A DNA stretch of 64,000 nucleotides, from NCBI GenBank assembly GCA_037481835.1, contig JBBFKW010000013.1, positions 32,001-96,000 on the forward strand, read 5' to 3'. Below are positions 1 through 9,867 of the stretch, one piece after another (positions within the stretch are counted from its first letter, which is position 1; the number at the start of each line of letters is the position of its first letter). A program made the position numbers and the translations under genes. This DNA comes from Desulfosoma sp. (GTDB taxonomy: Bacteria; Desulfobacterota; Syntrophobacteria; Syntrophobacterales; DSM-9756). The notes beneath the pieces were generated by a model. The model was not told the origin of the DNA. It was given only the letters and a program-made list of their open reading frames with translations, and did no database searches.

Positions 1-1215
<1,215 letters not shown>

Positions 1216-2130
1216 TCATATCCCTTCTTCATCGTCCTCGTCGGGCTGCGTTTCAGGCTCGGTTCGGCGGCCCCCCTCCCTACCCCGCGACGCACAGGGC
1301 GAGGCCGAACGGGGGCATCCGCTCCCCTTGGGCGTCTCTTCCGGAAGGGGCCCGTAGGAAATTTCCATTTCTTCGCCGCTTTCCAAAAGGACGGTGATGG
1401 TGCGGTCCATCACGTTTTGGCGGATGACCTTTCCGCGGCCTTTGGGGGTGTCCACTTTTTTTCCCAGCTTGGGCATGCCCTGTTTGTATTGGCGATAGAC
1501 GTCGTATTCGTACTGGAGGCAGCACATGAGTCGCCCGCAGGCTCCGGAAATCTTGCCGGGGTTCAGGCTGAGGTTCTGTTCCTTGGCCATCTTGATGGAA
1601 ACGGGATGAAAATTCCTGAGAAACGTGGCGCAGCACAAGGGCCGTCCGCAGGTGCCCAGGCCGCCCACCATCTTGGCCTGGTTGCGCACGCCGATCTGGC
1701 GAAGTTCCACGCGGGTGCGGAAGCGCCGCACCAGGTCTTTGACCAGCTCGCGGAAATCCACGCGGGTTTCGGCCGTAAAATAGAAGATGATTTTGGATCG
1801 GTCGAAAAAACATTCCACGTCCACCAGGTTCATGGGCAGGTTCAATTCCTGGATGCGTTCGAGGCAGAACTTTTCGGCCTCCTCCTCAAAACGCATGTTG
1901 TCGAAATGCTTTTCGATTTCTTCAGCACGAGCGGGCCTCTCTATGGGCTTGATTTCCTTGGGGTGCACGTCGGGGTTCTTGACGAACGGCCCTTCCACCA
2001 CTTCTCCCAAGCCCATGCCCTGTTCGGTGTGGACGACCACGTAGTCGCCCTTGCGCACGTCCCAGCCGCCCGGGTCAAAATGATAGATTTTTCCTCCCTC
2101 TCGGAAACGGATACCGATGACCTTGTCCAT
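1216..2130 (-). CDS. PSP1 C-terminal domain protein (RicT/YaaT family)
   Basis: FYFTAETRVDFRELVKDL, GTCGRPLCC, KISGACGRLMCCL motifs; conserved position between holB and metG. Confidence 0.92.
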   Translation of the reverse strand: MDKVIGIRFREGGKIYHFDPGGWDVRKGDYVVVHTEQGMGLGEVVEGPFVKNPDVHPKEIKPIERPARAEEIEKHFDNMRFEEEAEKFCLERIQELNLPMNLVDVECFFDRSKIIFYFTAETRVDFRELVKDLVRRFRTRVELRQIGVRNQAKMVGGLGTCGRPLCCATFLRNFHPVSIKMAKEQNLSLNPGKISGACGRLMCCLQYEYDVYRQYKQGMPKLGKKVDTPKGRGKVIRQNVMDRTITVLLESGEEMEISYGPLPEETPKGSGCPRSASPCASRGREGGRRTEPETQPDEDDEEGI

Positions 2131-3142
2131 AAACCACATCCTTAATCTTCAAGCACACGGCTTCCATAAGGAGCTGTTTGGAAACGTGTGCGCGGAGATG
2201 CTGTTCGGCGGTTTCCAGCACGTCGAGCACATGCAGCAGTTTTTTCAAGTCGGCTTTATTCCATGGAGCCCACACGGTTTCGCCTTCTGCCGCACGTCCC
2301 CGGCCCTGTTCCACATGATGCACCAAAGCTTCGCGCACCGAGAACTTAATACATTCCAAATCCTGTTCCAAGTCTTCCGTTTCTTTGACCCATTGGGCCA
2401 CGTCCAGGAAGAAATCCATCATGGGGCTCTGCAGGAGCCTTTCCAACCGGCCCATGACGGCCTCCATCCGTTGCAGTCGGTTTTCGCGAACCCAGGCGCG
2501 GGCTTTTTCCAGGCTCCCGAAGGAATGGCGGGCGAGCCTGGCGGCGGTCTTGTCGTCGAGGGAAAATTCGGATCGCAGGGCCGAGGCCACGATGGCGTCG
2601 TCCAGGGGCCGACAGCGGATGTGGCAGCACCGGGACACGATGGTGGGCAGCAGGCTGTAGGGTTCGGGGGCCAAGAGGAAAAAAAGGGTGGACGCCGGGG
2701 GTTCTTCGAGGATTTTCAGCAGGGCGTTGGAGGCTTCCTCGGTGAGATCCTGGCTGTCTTCGATGAGGATCACCCGCCGCCGGGCTTCGTAAGGGTGCAC
2801 CCGGCATCGTTCTTTCAGCGCGCGAATTTGGGCGAGCTTGATGGAGGCCCCGTCTTTGGCGATGACCAGCACGTCTGGGTGAACTCCGCGGGCGATCTTG
2901 AGACACGCGGCGCAATGCTGGCAGGCCATGGCCCCGGCCGCATCAAGGGGATGGGCGCCGTGGGGGGAGTAGGGCGGTTCCAGGCAGTTGACGGCCTTGG
3001 CGCATTCCAGGGCCAGGGCCTTTTTGCCCACACCGGGCATTCCCGTAAAGAGCACGGCGTGGGGAAGTTTTTGCCTTTGGATCATGCGCAAAAGGACGCG
3101 CCGGGCATGGGGTTGAACCAAAAATCCTTCAGGAACGGTCAT
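2075..3142 (-). CDS. holB: DNA polymerase III delta' subunit
   Basis: HAVLFTGMPGVGK, CQHCAAC Zn site, HPDV, SNALLKILEEPP, LPTIVSRC; follows tmk. Start at MTVPEG (3142); 56-nt overlap with the PSP1 gene. Confidence 0.92.
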   Translation of the reverse strand: MTVPEGFLVQPHARRVLLRMIQRQKLPHAVLFTGMPGVGKKALALECAKAVNCLEPPYSPHGAHPLDAAGAMACQHCAACLKIARGVHPDVLVIAKDGASIKLAQIRALKERCRVHPYEARRRVILIEDSQDLTEEASNALLKILEEPPASTLFFLLAPEPYSLLPTIVSRCCHIRCRPLDDAIVASALRSEFSLDDKTAARLARHSFGSLEKARAWVRENRLQRMEAVMGRLERLLQSPMMDFFLDVAQWVKETEDLEQDLECIKFSVREALVHHVEQGRGRAAEGETVWAPWNKADLKKLLHVLDVLETAEQHLRAHVSKQLLMEAVCLKIKDVVYGQGHRYPFPRGRKNLSF

Positions 3143-3827
3143 GGCGGATCTCTCGGAAAAAGTTCCGGTCTTCGGCCGGGTTGCAAGGAAGAACGCGCCT
3201 GAGGGCCGCCGTGACGTCTGCCACAACCTGTGCCGCATCCCGGTTCGCATCGATGACGACGAACCGCTTCGAATCCCTTCGGGCGAGATCCAGGTATCCG
3301 CGTCGGACCCGTTCCATGAAGTCTTTCGCTTCCCGTTCCATTCTGTCGTGGAGACCCGGCCTTCGGGACAGCCGATCCCATGCCGTGGCCACCGTGCAGT
3401 CCAAAAGAACAGTGATGTCGGGAAAAAGGCCTCCAAGGACGATCTCTTGCACCTTAAGGATGGGCTCGGCTCCCAACCCGCGGCCGTGGCCTTGGTAGGC
3501 CACGGTGGCGTCCCGGAATCGATCGGCCAGGATCCATTCTCCCCGTTCCAGCGATGGAACGATGGTTTCCCAAGCTTGCTGAGCTTGGCTGGCCGCATAA
3601 AGGCACGCTTCCGCCCACGGGGCCATGGGGGAATACCGGGGATCGAGAAGGATTCGGCGAAGGCTCTCGCCCAGGGCCGTGCCGCCGGGTTCGCGAAGGA
3701 CCTTGACGATCCGTCCCTGTCGTTCGATCCATCGGCGGATGGATTCCACCACCGTGGACTTTCCGGCCCCGTCGATCCCTTCGATGCTGATAAACACACC
3801 GCGCCTTGAGGGTTCAGGCATCGTCAT
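3129..3827 (-). CDS. tmk: Thymidylate kinase
   Basis: FISIEGIDGAGKST P-loop, REPGGT, LADRF, AYQGHGRG. Start at 3827 or 3821. Confidence 0.95.
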   Translation of the reverse strand: MTMPEPSRRGVFISIEGIDGAGKSTVVESIRRWIERQGRIVKVLREPGGTALGESLRRILLDPRYSPMAPWAEACLYAASQAQQAWETIVPSLERGEWILADRFRDATVAYQGHGRGLGAEPILKVQEIVLGGLFPDITVLLDCTVATAWDRLSRRPGLHDRMEREAKDFMERVRRGYLDLARRDSKRFVVIDANRDAAQVVADVTAALRRVLPCNPAEDRNFFREIRHDRS

Positions 3828-4914
3828 GGGCGTTGCCTTTGTCCGTGAAGCCGGGCCACAAAGGCAGCTGGCGGCCTTCCCGGCATGCGGCGGAGGGCGG
3901 CTCGGGCCCGGGGGTATGCGACCCCGGCTCATCCTTCCGGGGGCCTTTATAGAAATATCGCTTGTATAGGGACTGGAAGGCCGTCCACAGAGAATCGGGG
4001 TCGTCGTTTCTTGCCATGAGGTTTTCCAGGTTGTTCATTTTGGCGTCCAGATCGTCGGCGAAATGCAGGGCCATGGCCTCGCGGGTCATGGGGCTCCGAA
4101 CGGCGCCCAATTCGGGTTCTCCGTGGTGGCTGAGGATCATGTGCTTGAGAAGGACGGCCGTCTCTTCAGGGAAGTTATTGCATGCGGCGATCTTGGCGTT
4201 CAGGATTTCCACCCCTAGGACCATGTGACCCACGAGTCGCCCCGCGTCGGAATAATCGATGACGAGATCGTAGGTGAATTCGCGGACCTTGCCGATGTCA
4301 TGGAGGAAGGCTCCCATGAGGAGGATGTCCTGGTCCAGGGATGGGTACTGGGTGCCGATGAGGGTGGCGAGGTGCATCACGCCCACGGTATGTTCCAGGA
4401 GGCCGCCCACGTAGGCGTGATGGAAGTCTTTGCCTGCCGGCGCCTTGCCAAAAGCATCCATGAGGGCTCTATCGGCCAAGAACGCCCGGATCAGCTCGCG
4501 ATGGGTTTTGCTCTGCACCTTTTGGAGCAGGCCCTTCAGGGCCTTCCACAGCGCGTGGGGATCCTTGGGGCAGACCGGAAGAAAATCGGACGGGTCCACG
4601 GCGTCCCGGGGCACGGGTTCCATGTCCTGAATATGGATCTGGATCTCGTCTCGGAAGAGTTCGCTTCGCCCCTGGATGCGCAGGACCTTGTGGCCCGAAA
4701 GGTTCTGGGCTGCTTGGGCGGCGTTTTCCCACAGCCGAGCCGTCACGGTGCCGGTCTTGTCGCGGAGTGTTAGAGTGAGAAACGGCTTTCCGTTTTTGGC
4801 CGTGCGCAGCTGTTTTTCTTCCACCACGAAGGTGCCGGCCACGACTTGGTTCGGCATGATGTCGGCAATCCGTTGTCCGGGATTGCCTTTGGATCGGCAC
4901 GATGCATCGGCCAT
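3814..4914 (-). CDS. OB-fold + HD domain 3'-5' exoribonuclease (YhaM family)
   Basis: N-terminal OB fold (KNGKPFLTLTLRDKTG), HHAYVGGLLEHT, LHDIGK, ILSHHG, HFADDLDA. Start uncertain (4914 or up to 5037). Confidence 0.88.
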   Translation of the reverse strand: MADASCRSKGNPGQRIADIMPNQVVAGTFVVEEKQLRTAKNGKPFLTLTLRDKTGTVTARLWENAAQAAQNLSGHKVLRIQGRSELFRDEIQIHIQDMEPVPRDAVDPSDFLPVCPKDPHALWKALKGLLQKVQSKTHRELIRAFLADRALMDAFGKAPAGKDFHHAYVGGLLEHTVGVMHLATLIGTQYPSLDQDILLMGAFLHDIGKVREFTYDLVIDYSDAGRLVGHMVLGVEILNAKIAACNNFPEETAVLLKHMILSHHGEPELGAVRSPMTREAMALHFADDLDAKMNNLENLMARNDDPDSLWTAFQSLYKRYFYKGPRKDEPGSHTPGPEPPSAACREGRQLPLWPGFTDKGNAHDDA

Positions 4915-5085
4915 AGACTGTGCGTCCTTCGCTTCTTGGTCACGGATCCCCGCCGCTCGGGCGATCGAACCGATACTACAGGATCGCCCTGTTTTTTCAA
5001 CGGCATCGTCGGATCCCGCATCATCGCGTCTTGTCACGGCCCGGGAAAGACCCTAGGATGAGGCGAAAAACACGGAGGAGACGCC

Positions 5086-6060
5086 ATGGAAATCATCGCC
5101 AAGTTGGGATCCCTCTTGGGCCTTTCTTTTATCTGTGGGGTCAACCTCTACGCCACCGTGGCCGTGGTGGGCTTGTGCCTCAAACACGGCCTGGTGCACG
5201 GGCTTCCCCCGGAATTGTCCGTTTTGGCCAACGATGCCGTTATCTTCGTCGCGCTCTTTCTCTACGTTGTGGAATTCGTCATCGACAAGATCCCGGGCCT
5301 GGACACTTTATGGGATACCTTGCATACGGTCATCCGCCCTCTTGGAGGCGCCCTGATGGCCGTGCTCCAAGTGGGTGAAGGGTCTCCGGCCCTGGAAGTC
5401 ATCGCCTTCATGATCGGGGCGAGCTTGGCTTCGGCGGCCCATATGACCAAGGCGGGCACGCGGCTGCTGGTGCAGGCGAGCCCGGAACCGTTTTCCAACA
5501 TGGTGCTGAGTGTGGGCGAAGATGTTTTCACCGTGGCCTATGCCTATCTTTCCCTGGCTTATCCCCGATGGACCTTTTTCATCACCCTAATCTTGGCGGC
5601 GGCGGTCGCCGTGTTCCTTCCCGTGTTGTTCCGAGCCGTGTCCATGGGGGTGCGCGCCTTGGGACACCGCCTCGTTTCGGCTTTCGGCTCCCGATCGTCC
5701 GAAAACCCGATGATGCATCTCACCTGTGCTGCGGAATCGGCTTACGACACCGTGCGGGAAGAGGGGGAGGAGATCCTGTGGGCCGGCAAGGCCTTTGCCA
5801 TGCGTCTGCCGGGGGTGCCCCGCTACGCTCCCGTGCACATGATCCTTTCCGATCGCGCCGTCACGGTTTTTTTCCACCGCTTTTTCCAAGGGCGCCTCAA
5901 GAGGCTGCAGCGCTCGGACGTCTCCCGGGCGGCCGTCTATCCCGGAAAGCTCCTTGCCGTCTGCGCCTTTTACAATGCCGCAACCCCTTGGACTCTCGGC
6001 GTGTATCGGGCCTTGGCCCGGACCTTGCCGTCCCGGTGGTTTCCCCGAGGCGCGCCCTGA
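5086..6060 (+). CDS. DUF4126-like multi-pass membrane protein with soluble C-terminal extension
   Basis: GVNLYAT, EFVIDKIPGLDTLWD.LHT.IRP, SPEPFSN..LS..ED motifs; GGAG RBS before ATG. Confidence 0.8.
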   Translation: MEIIAKLGSLLGLSFICGVNLYATVAVVGLCLKHGLVHGLPPELSVLANDAVIFVALFLYVVEFVIDKIPGLDTLWDTLHTVIRPLGGALMAVLQVGEGSPALEVIAFMIGASLASAAHMTKAGTRLLVQASPEPFSNMVLSVGEDVFTVAYAYLSLAYPRWTFFITLILAAAVAVFLPVLFRAVSMGVRALGHRLVSAFGSRSSENPMMHLTCAAESAYDTVREEGEEILWAGKAFAMRLPGVPRYAPVHMILSDRAVTVFFHRFFQGRLKRLQRSDVSRAAVYPGKLLAVCAFYNAATPWTLGVYRALARTLPSRWFPRGAP

Positions 6061-6106
6061 AGGGCCGAGCGAAGACGACGCCATCCTTTCCCGCATCGAG
6101 GGATGA

Positions 6107-7813
6107 ATGGAAGCCGCTGAAAAGACTTATCCCCTGGAGCATGTTCCGGTCCCCGGGTTTACCGAGGCGGGGGTTCGGCTTCCTCAAACCCTCAGGGCCC
6201 TTGTCCGGGAACGGGATCTTCTGGCCTACAAGGAGGCGACGCCTCTTTTGTGGGTTTTTTTCATGGGCGGGACAGGCACCGGAAAATCCACGGTCTTCGA
6301 TGCGGTATGCGGGGTTGGTGTGAGCGCCGTGGGGGCCGAACGGCCCAAGACGTCCGGGGCCATAGGCTTCGTTCATGAAAAGGCCCCCTTGGAAAGGGCT
6401 TTCCCCTTTCCCGAATTGGGCTTTGAAAAACACGACGGCCGATCCGCCCTTCGGGAATCCCCCCTGATCGGGGAGCCCGGCGTCATCCACCTGTGGGTTC
6501 ACGACCGGGCGGAGCTGGCTTCCGTCGTCTTCATGGACACCCCGGATGTGGACAGTGTGGAAGCGTCAAACCGCACCCTGGTGGATACCCTGTGGCGGTT
6601 GGCGGATGTGGTGGTTTTCGTGACAAGCCAGGAAAAGTATGCCGACGATGTCCCGTCGCGATTTCTCAAAAAGATCGTGGAAGACGGCACCGACGTCCTG
6701 GTGGTGTGTAACAAGGTGGGGACGGATACCCGGGAAGAAGACGTGCGCGAGATCCTGGACCGGGAAACCCGGGTGCCTGCCGGATCCCTGTGGTTGTTTC
6801 CCTTCCTGCCGTCCAATCCCGTGGAGGTCCTGAAAACGGAGCCGGAATTCTTAAGATTTTCCGACGCCTTGAAAGCCAGGATCTCGGATCCGGACGCGGC
6901 CGAAAGGCGCACCCTGTGGATGGCTCGAAGAAAAAAAGCGCTCGCGGGAAACGTTCGCACGGCTCTGGATGTGCTGACCGCGGAACTGCTGGAAGCCCAT
7001 CGCTGGAAGGAAAAGCTGCGGCGTTACGCCGACGAGGCCGTGGCCCAAATCATGGCCGACCAAGAAGGGCACTTTTCGTCCGAAACGCGCTCTTATCTTC
7101 AGGCGGAAATTCGGGCCCTGTTTTCTCGCTACGACGTCTTGGCCGGGCCTCGGCGCTGGATGTCCCGCATCATCACCGCCCCCTTCCGTTTCCTCGGACT
7201 GACCTCGTCTCGACCGTATCCCGACCGGCGCCAGGTGCTGGAACGGATCAAGCACCGCATCCATTTGGGCGGAGTCCATGCGGCAGTGCAGCGCTATGGA
7301 AGGCGAGTCCTGGAAGAGACGCTGCCGGATCGCGTCGAAAGCCCCCTTTTCGGCGCCGTGACGCGCCCGGGGGTGCTCATGACCCCGGACGAAGTCGCCG
7401 AGCACGTGTACCGGGAACAGGAGCAGCTCATCCAATGGCTGGAAAAGGTCTTCATGGAACTCGCCCGGGACGTCCCCAAGGGCACCAAGTGGGGCATTTA
7501 TTCCACATCGGTCCTCTGGGGGATTTTGATTCTCAGCCTGGAAGTGGCCGTTGGAGGCGGGTTGAGCATGGTGGAGGCCGTCCTTGATGCGGCCGTCGCC
7601 CCCTTTGTGACCAAGGGGGCGGTGGAACTTTTCGCGTACGCGGAAATTCAGAAGATCGCCCGGCAGTTGGGGGAAAAGTACCGGGCGAGCTTGGTTTCGG
7701 TGGTCGACGTTCAGCGGCGGCGCTTTGAGGCGTGCCTGGATCCCCTTCTGCCGCCGTCGGAGGCGGTGGACAGCCTGCGCCGTTGGGCCGAATCGGCTTC
7801 CAACGGGCGCTGA
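6107..7813 (+). CDS. Dynamin-like GTPase A
   Basis: G1 GGTGTGKST, G2 RPKT, G3 DTPD, EKYAD, G4 NKVG; long helical region and hydrophobic segment near the C-terminus. Confidence 0.78.
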   Translation: MEAAEKTYPLEHVPVPGFTEAGVRLPQTLRALVRERDLLAYKEATPLLWVFFMGGTGTGKSTVFDAVCGVGVSAVGAERPKTSGAIGFVHEKAPLERAFPFPELGFEKHDGRSALRESPLIGEPGVIHLWVHDRAELASVVFMDTPDVDSVEASNRTLVDTLWRLADVVVFVTSQEKYADDVPSRFLKKIVEDGTDVLVVCNKVGTDTREEDVREILDRETRVPAGSLWLFPFLPSNPVEVLKTEPEFLRFSDALKARISDPDAAERRTLWMARRKKALAGNVRTALDVLTAELLEAHRWKEKLRRYADEAVAQIMADQEGHFSSETRSYLQAEIRALFSRYDVLAGPRRWMSRIITAPFRFLGLTSSRPYPDRRQVLERIKHRIHLGGVHAAVQRYGRRVLEETLPDRVESPLFGAVTRPGVLMTPDEVAEHVYREQEQLIQWLEKVFMELARDVPKGTKWGIYSTSVLWGILILSLEVAVGGGLSMVEAVLDAAVAPFVTKGAVELFAYAEIQKIARQLGEKYRASLVSVVDVQRRRFEACLDPLLPPSEAVDSLRRWAESASNGR

Positions 7814-7869
7814 CATGCTCGGCAAAGGCGGGTCGAGTGGCGAAACGACACCAATCGAAGGATGTCCTC

Positions 7870-9627
7870 ATGGGCTCATGGGAAACAAGCCCTATCGGCG
7901 TTGACGATCTCGGCCGCCGACTGCGCGATTTGAAAAGCATCCTGGACGGGGGCTCCTTCCTTCCCCTGCCGGACGAAGAGCGGCACGCGCTTCGGCGGCG
8001 GGCGGAAGACCTTGAAGACAAGCTGCGGCATCTGGAAGAGCGGACTTTGCTCATCGGGCTTGTGGGCGGGACGGGAGTGGGCAAGTCCACCTTGATGAAC
8101 GCCCTTTCGGAAGAAAGCATCGCTTCCGTCAGTCACAGGAGACCCCATACCGACCGGGTCCTGATCTACCGCCATGTTCAGTGCCCGCTGCCCCGATCCC
8201 TCGGACACGCACAAGGCTTCTTTACGGAAGTGACCCACCAGGCCGATGCGGTGCGGCATGTGATCATGGCCGATCTTCCCGATTTCGACAGCCTGGTTCG
8301 AGAGCATCGAGACCGCGTGATCGCTTTCATGGAACACTTGGATCTGGTCTTGTGGGTGAGTACGCCGGAAAAATACGCCGATGGGCGCTTCTACGAAATG
8401 CTTCGCGAGGCGCCCAAGGCCCGGGATAATTTTATCTTTGTCCTGAACAAGGCGGACATCTTCTTCTCGGATTCGGGAGCCTCCGGCGCCCTGGACGAGT
8501 TGAACGCCGTGGTTCGCTCCTTCGGGCGGCTCGTGCGCGAAGCCGGGATCCGCGATCCCGCCCTGTACGTCATCTCCGCCCGGGAAGCCTTGCAGGGCCT
8601 GGAGCCCTCGTCCTGGAATCAGTTTCCTTTCCTGCGGCGCTGGGTGTTCCGGGAACGGGACGCCAAGGAAATCCGGGCCATCAAAGGGGCGAACCTGGAT
8701 GTGGAATTCCACGCCCTGGCCGGCCGTCTTCATGAAGGGATGCTCCAGCTGGAGAGAGCCGCTCATTTTCTGGATGAGCTGGCGGCATCGGCCGAAGACG
8801 AACACCGTGTCGCAGACAGAAAGGCCCTCGTACGGGCCGTCCTCGACCGCATGCCGGCGCAGGGAGGGGTCGTGCACAGTTTGGAAAACCCCCAAGACCT
8901 CAGCGGAGCGGCGGCGGTGCTGTCTTGGCTGGAGCGGCTCGGAACGTCGTCTCCGGAGCCCTCACAGGCGGGTTCGGCCTTTGCCGCAGAAGTTTCGGCG
9001 GCGCTTGAGAAGCGCTTTCGCCAGCACCTGGAAGGGATTCGGGAACACGGGGCCGCCTTGGCGTTTCAGGCGGGACTGACCGATCCGTTGAGGAGCGAGC
9101 TTCTCGAGCGGATCCATCGATCGCTGGAAAACCTCTCGGTTGCGGAAAGCGCTGCGGATGCGGTCACGGCCGTGCTGGAGCAGGCTCGAAGGGTCGGGGA
9201 AACGTCCTGGCGATGGCGGCAGCGTCTTTGGAGCTTTGTGGTCACGGCCTCGCTGCTCCTCGCTCTCGGCGGGCAGGACGGTTGGCGGGCCGTCTTGGAC
9301 CGGCCGGGGCCGGCGACCCTGGTGGGATTGTGTGCCGCCATGGTGGAAAAACTCTTCAGCGGTCAGGGTCTTGCGGCCCTCGCGACGTGGGCGTTCCTGC
9401 AGCTGGTGCTGGGGGCCCGATTCTACCGGGATTACAAGAAATCCTTGCAGCGGCGCGGAGAAGCGATTATAGACTCGCTGCAGTCGGCGCTGGAGGCCGT
9501 TGTGCGCCGTGCGGTGGAAGAACACCTGGAAGTCGTCCGCCGGTGCCGAGAAGAGATGGAAGGGCGCAAAAATCTGATGGAGCAGATCGTCCGGGCGGCG
9601 CCTTCCGCGGACCGACCCGTTTCATGA
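7870..9627 (+). CDS. Dynamin-like GTPase B
   Basis: G1 GGTGVGKST, G2 RRPHT, G3 DLPD, EKYAD, G4 NKAD; C-terminal hydrophobic segments and coiled coil. Confidence 0.78.
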   Translation: MGSWETSPIGVDDLGRRLRDLKSILDGGSFLPLPDEERHALRRRAEDLEDKLRHLEERTLLIGLVGGTGVGKSTLMNALSEESIASVSHRRPHTDRVLIYRHVQCPLPRSLGHAQGFFTEVTHQADAVRHVIMADLPDFDSLVREHRDRVIAFMEHLDLVLWVSTPEKYADGRFYEMLREAPKARDNFIFVLNKADIFFSDSGASGALDELNAVVRSFGRLVREAGIRDPALYVISAREALQGLEPSSWNQFPFLRRWVFRERDAKEIRAIKGANLDVEFHALAGRLHEGMLQLERAAHFLDELAASAEDEHRVADRKALVRAVLDRMPAQGGVVHSLENPQDLSGAAAVLSWLERLGTSSPEPSQAGSAFAAEVSAALEKRFRQHLEGIREHGAALAFQAGLTDPLRSELLERIHRSLENLSVAESAADAVTAVLEQARRVGETSWRWRQRLWSFVVTASLLLALGGQDGWRAVLDRPGPATLVGLCAAMVEKLFSGQGLAALATWAFLQLVLGARFYRDYKKSLQRRGEAIIDSLQSALEAVVRRAVEEHLEVVRRCREEMEGRKNLMEQIVRAAPSADRPVS

Positions 9628-9640
9628 GAGGCGTGACGTC

Positions 9641-9850
9641 GTGCCTTTGAAAATTCTCATCCTGGCCACCCTTTTCGTGCTCCCCTTGGTTCCCACCTTT
9701 TGGGCCATCCAGGAAATCCCCAGACGCCAGTTCCGCACTCGACGGCGCAAGATGATCTGGTTCGCCGTCGTGGCCACCGTGCCCTTTTTCGGCGCGGTGC
9801 TCTACTGGATCGTGGAAAGGCGCCATACGACCCCAGCCATTCCCGCGTGA
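9641..9850 (+). CDS. Small two-TM membrane protein (PLDc_N-like)
   Basis: 69 aa; K..W..V...PFFGA.LY pattern; GTG start after GAGG. Confidence 0.7.
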   Translation: MPLKILILATLFVLPLVPTFWAIQEIPRRQFRTRRRKMIWFAVVATVPFFGAVLYWIVERRHTTPAIPA

Positions 9851-9867
9851 AGGAGGATATCCCGCTC

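Noticed and set aside
3143..3799. N-terminal extension making HolB 574 aa
   Set aside because: It overlaps tmk in another frame; HolB similarity begins only at MTVPEG (3142).
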